Sequence record: OP197928
Source: Shigella phage A2
DNA length: 64,000 nucleotides
Direction: 5' to 3' (one strand)
The translations under genes were made by a program, and so were the position numbers. Shown piece by piece: positions 62,078 to 64,000 of this stretch; position 1 is the stretch's first letter; each line of letters opens with the position of its first letter. The notes under the pieces were generated by a model that saw nothing but the letters and a program-made list of their open reading frames with translations, made no database searches and was not told the DNA's origin.

Positions 62078-62734
62078 ATGGCAGCACCTAGAATATCATT
62101 TTCGCCCTCTGATATTCTATTTGGTGTTCTAGATCGCTTGTTCAAAGATAACGCTACCGGGAAAGTTCTTGCTTCCCGGGTAGCTGTCGTAATTCTTTTA
62201 TTTATGATGGCGATTGTTTGGTATAGGGGAGATAGTTTCTTTGAGTACTATAAGCAATCAAAGTATGAAACATACAGTGAAATTATTGAAAAGGAAAGAA
62301 ATGCACGCTTTGAATCTGTCGCCCTGGAACAACTCCAGATAGTTCATATATCATCTGAGGCAGACTTTAGTGCGGTGTATTCTTTCCGCCCTAAAAACTT
62401 AAACTATTTTGTTGATATTATAGCATATGAAGGAAAATTACCTTCAACAATAAGTGAAAAATCACTTGGAGGATATCCTGTTGATAAAACTATGGATGAA
62501 TATGCAGTTCATTTAAATGGACGTCATTATTATTCCAACTCAAAATTTGCTTTTTTACCAACTAAAAAGCCTACTCCCGAAATAAACTACATGTACAGTT
62601 GTCCATATTTTAATTTGGATAATATCTATGCTGGAACGATAACCATGTACTGGTATAGAAATGATCATATAAGTAATGACCGCCTTGAATCAATATGTGC
62701 TCAGGCGGCCAGAATATTAGGAAGGGCTAAATAA
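62078..62734 (+). CDS. t: Holin T
   Basis: 218 aa; single N-terminal TM segment and large periplasmic domain; T4 holin size. Confidence 0.95.
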   Translation: MAAPRISFSPSDILFGVLDRLFKDNATGKVLASRVAVVILLFMMAIVWYRGDSFFEYYKQSKYETYSEIIEKERNARFESVALEQLQIVHISSEADFSAVYSFRPKNLNYFVDIIAYEGKLPSTISEKSLGGYPVDKTMDEYAVHLNGRHYYSNSKFAFLPTKKPTPEINYMYSCPYFNLDNIYAGTITMYWYRNDHISNDRLESICAQAARILGRAK

Positions 62735-63007
62735 TTATTTGTTCGTATACATCTCTAGATATCGATATACACCCTCAAAACCCTCGTTGAATTCGTCGAT
62801 GAGGGTTTTCTTATCTTCTTGAGTTAATTCAGAAACAATTTTACGGAATGAATTCTGATTTAATTTTCTACCTTCATGCGTTACTCCAATCTCATTCAGA
62901 AATGCAATAAAATTAGCACGATTTTCAACAATATCTTCTCTGGAAAATTTAATCAAAATAGACGCAACAGTAATAATTTCACGCACAACTTCAACAGCGT
63001 TATTCAT
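62735..63007 (-). CDS. asiA: Anti-sigma-70 factor AsiA
   Basis: ORF to 63022; 90 aa from internal Met; matches recalled T4 AsiA. Confidence 0.9.
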   Translation of the reverse strand: MNNAVEVVREIITVASILIKFSREDIVENRANFIAFLNEIGVTHEGRKLNQNSFRKIVSELTQEDKKTLIDEFNEGFEGVYRYLEMYTNK

Positions 63008-63062
63008 AATATTCCAACTCAATAAGATTAGTCATTTATTCAATAAGTTTATTATAACAAAC

Positions 63063-63191
63063 CTATTCTTCTTGTAAACTACTTTGTACAACTTTTTCTG
63101 GATTTGTATAACCTTGTCCCAAGAATTCCGCAACTGTCTGGGCTTCTCTAAGACGTTCTGACTCAACTACTTGCTCAAGATTATGACTCAT
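63063..63191 (-). CDS. Possible 42-aa ORF (T4 asiA.5-like position)
   Basis: Hand-found ORF MSHNLEQVVESERLREAQ... with ATG overlapping the upstream stop; below the 60-aa cut-off. Confidence 0.3.
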   Translation of the reverse strand: MSHNLEQVVESERLREAQTVAEFLGQGYTNPEKVVQSSLQEE

Positions 63192-63502
63192 AGGAGTTCC
63201 TCTATACAACTATCATTATCCTTATAGCTATCAATATAGTCCTGTAGGTCAAAGAACGCAATTTCATATTCTAGAGCTTTAAGAGCTCGTTCTTCGGTGT
63301 AGTCAGAACCGAAGACAATAATGATTTCACCAGGCCAGTTGCGGTCGAAGTCGACACTAAAAGGAATACGAGAACATACTTCGTCTGCCATATCTGCGAT
63401 AACATTGCGATACACATTCTTGTTAACACGATAGAGCTCTGCGAGTTCTTCACAGCGAATAACCAGTTCAGTGGCAGGAGTTTCTTTTATTTTAGTAAGC
63501 AT
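63188..63502 (-). CDS. Acidic small protein, possibly Arn (anti-restriction, McrBC inhibitor)
   Basis: 104-aa acidic ORF adjacent to asiA as arn is in T4; sequence identity not verifiable from memory. Confidence 0.4.
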   Translation of the reverse strand: MLTKIKETPATELVIRCEELAELYRVNKNVYRNVIADMADEVCSRIPFSVDFDRNWPGEIIIVFGSDYTEERALKALEYEIAFFDLQDYIDSYKDNDSCIEELL

Positions 63503-63603
63503 AATCTTTACCCTTATGTTTCTGTTTGCGTTTAGATTGAAGTTCTACTTTCTTCTTGTCTTTATGGACAGAAGCCTTATTAAAATCATGCTTTGCTACG
63601 AGA

Positions 63604-63879
63604 TTATTCATCTTCCAGTTTCCTTAATTGATATTGCAAAGAGCTAATAATTTCTTCGTTCATTTTAATATACATATCACGTAAGAAAGGTTTTAGTCCG
63701 TGGCTCATAATAGCTAATGTATCACCTTTACCCAAATTAACCAAATAAGGGTGATCTAAAGCATCCCAACCAGGTTGATTAGCATACATCCCGTAATCCT
63801 TTTCCATCATATGGTTAAGACGTTTAATTTCTTGAATACGATTTTCAATAGCGTCTTTCTGGAGTTGTTTATTATTCAT
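63604..63879 (-). CDS. Hypothetical protein
   Basis: 91-aa ORF. Confidence 0.45.
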   Translation of the reverse strand: MNNKQLQKDAIENRIQEIKRLNHMMEKDYGMYANQPGWDALDHPYLVNLGKGDTLAIMSHGLKPFLRDMYIKMNEEIISSLQYQLRKLEDE

Positions 63880-63881
63880 TA

Positions 63882-64000
63882 GTAAAGGTCCTCAGAGTAA
63901 AGTTCTTTTTCACTACCACCACGTTCAATACGTACTTGTCCAGCGTAAGTTGCAATAATCATTGCTTCTTCGCGAGTCCAATAATTACTATATTGGTCAA
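63882..64000 (-). CDS. Hypothetical protein, 3-prime end only (start lies beyond window)
   Basis: Open frame from window edge to TAA at 63879..63881 (...[30 protein letters not shown]). Confidence 0.35.

Overview
This window is a contiguous segment of a T-even (T4-like, Tequatrovirus-type) myovirus genome, in the standard T4 map orientation. Plus-strand late structural modules (tail sheath 18 through capsid vertex 24; baseplate hub 51-27-28-29-48-54; long tail fibre 34-35-36-37-38; holin t) alternate with minus-strand early/middle modules (rnlB-hoc-inh; uvsY-25-26; alt - DNA ligase - small 30.x ORFs - rIII - 31 - cd - pseT - spanins - alc - rnlA - denA - nrdB - nrdA - td - frd - 32 - 59 - 33 - dsbA - rnh; asiA and a putative arn). 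Gene identities rest on recalled T4 protein sequences, sizes and gene order; no database search was possible. The phage is not T4 itself: td and nrdB are uninterrupted, no homing-endonuclease ORFs sit in the junctions examined, gp37/gp38 are of the T2-type adhesin kind, Hoc has an extra Ig-like domain, and there are two tandem Alt-family ADP-ribosyltransferase genes. The accessory content worth following up is the two Alt paralogs plus a NADAR/YbiA-like ORF and a HAD-like ORF in the 30.x cluster, and an extra ORF between td and frd. No rRNA, tRNA or CRISPR array was seen. Small ORFs named by T4 position (30.x, cd.x, pseT.x, frd.x) are positional guesses only.
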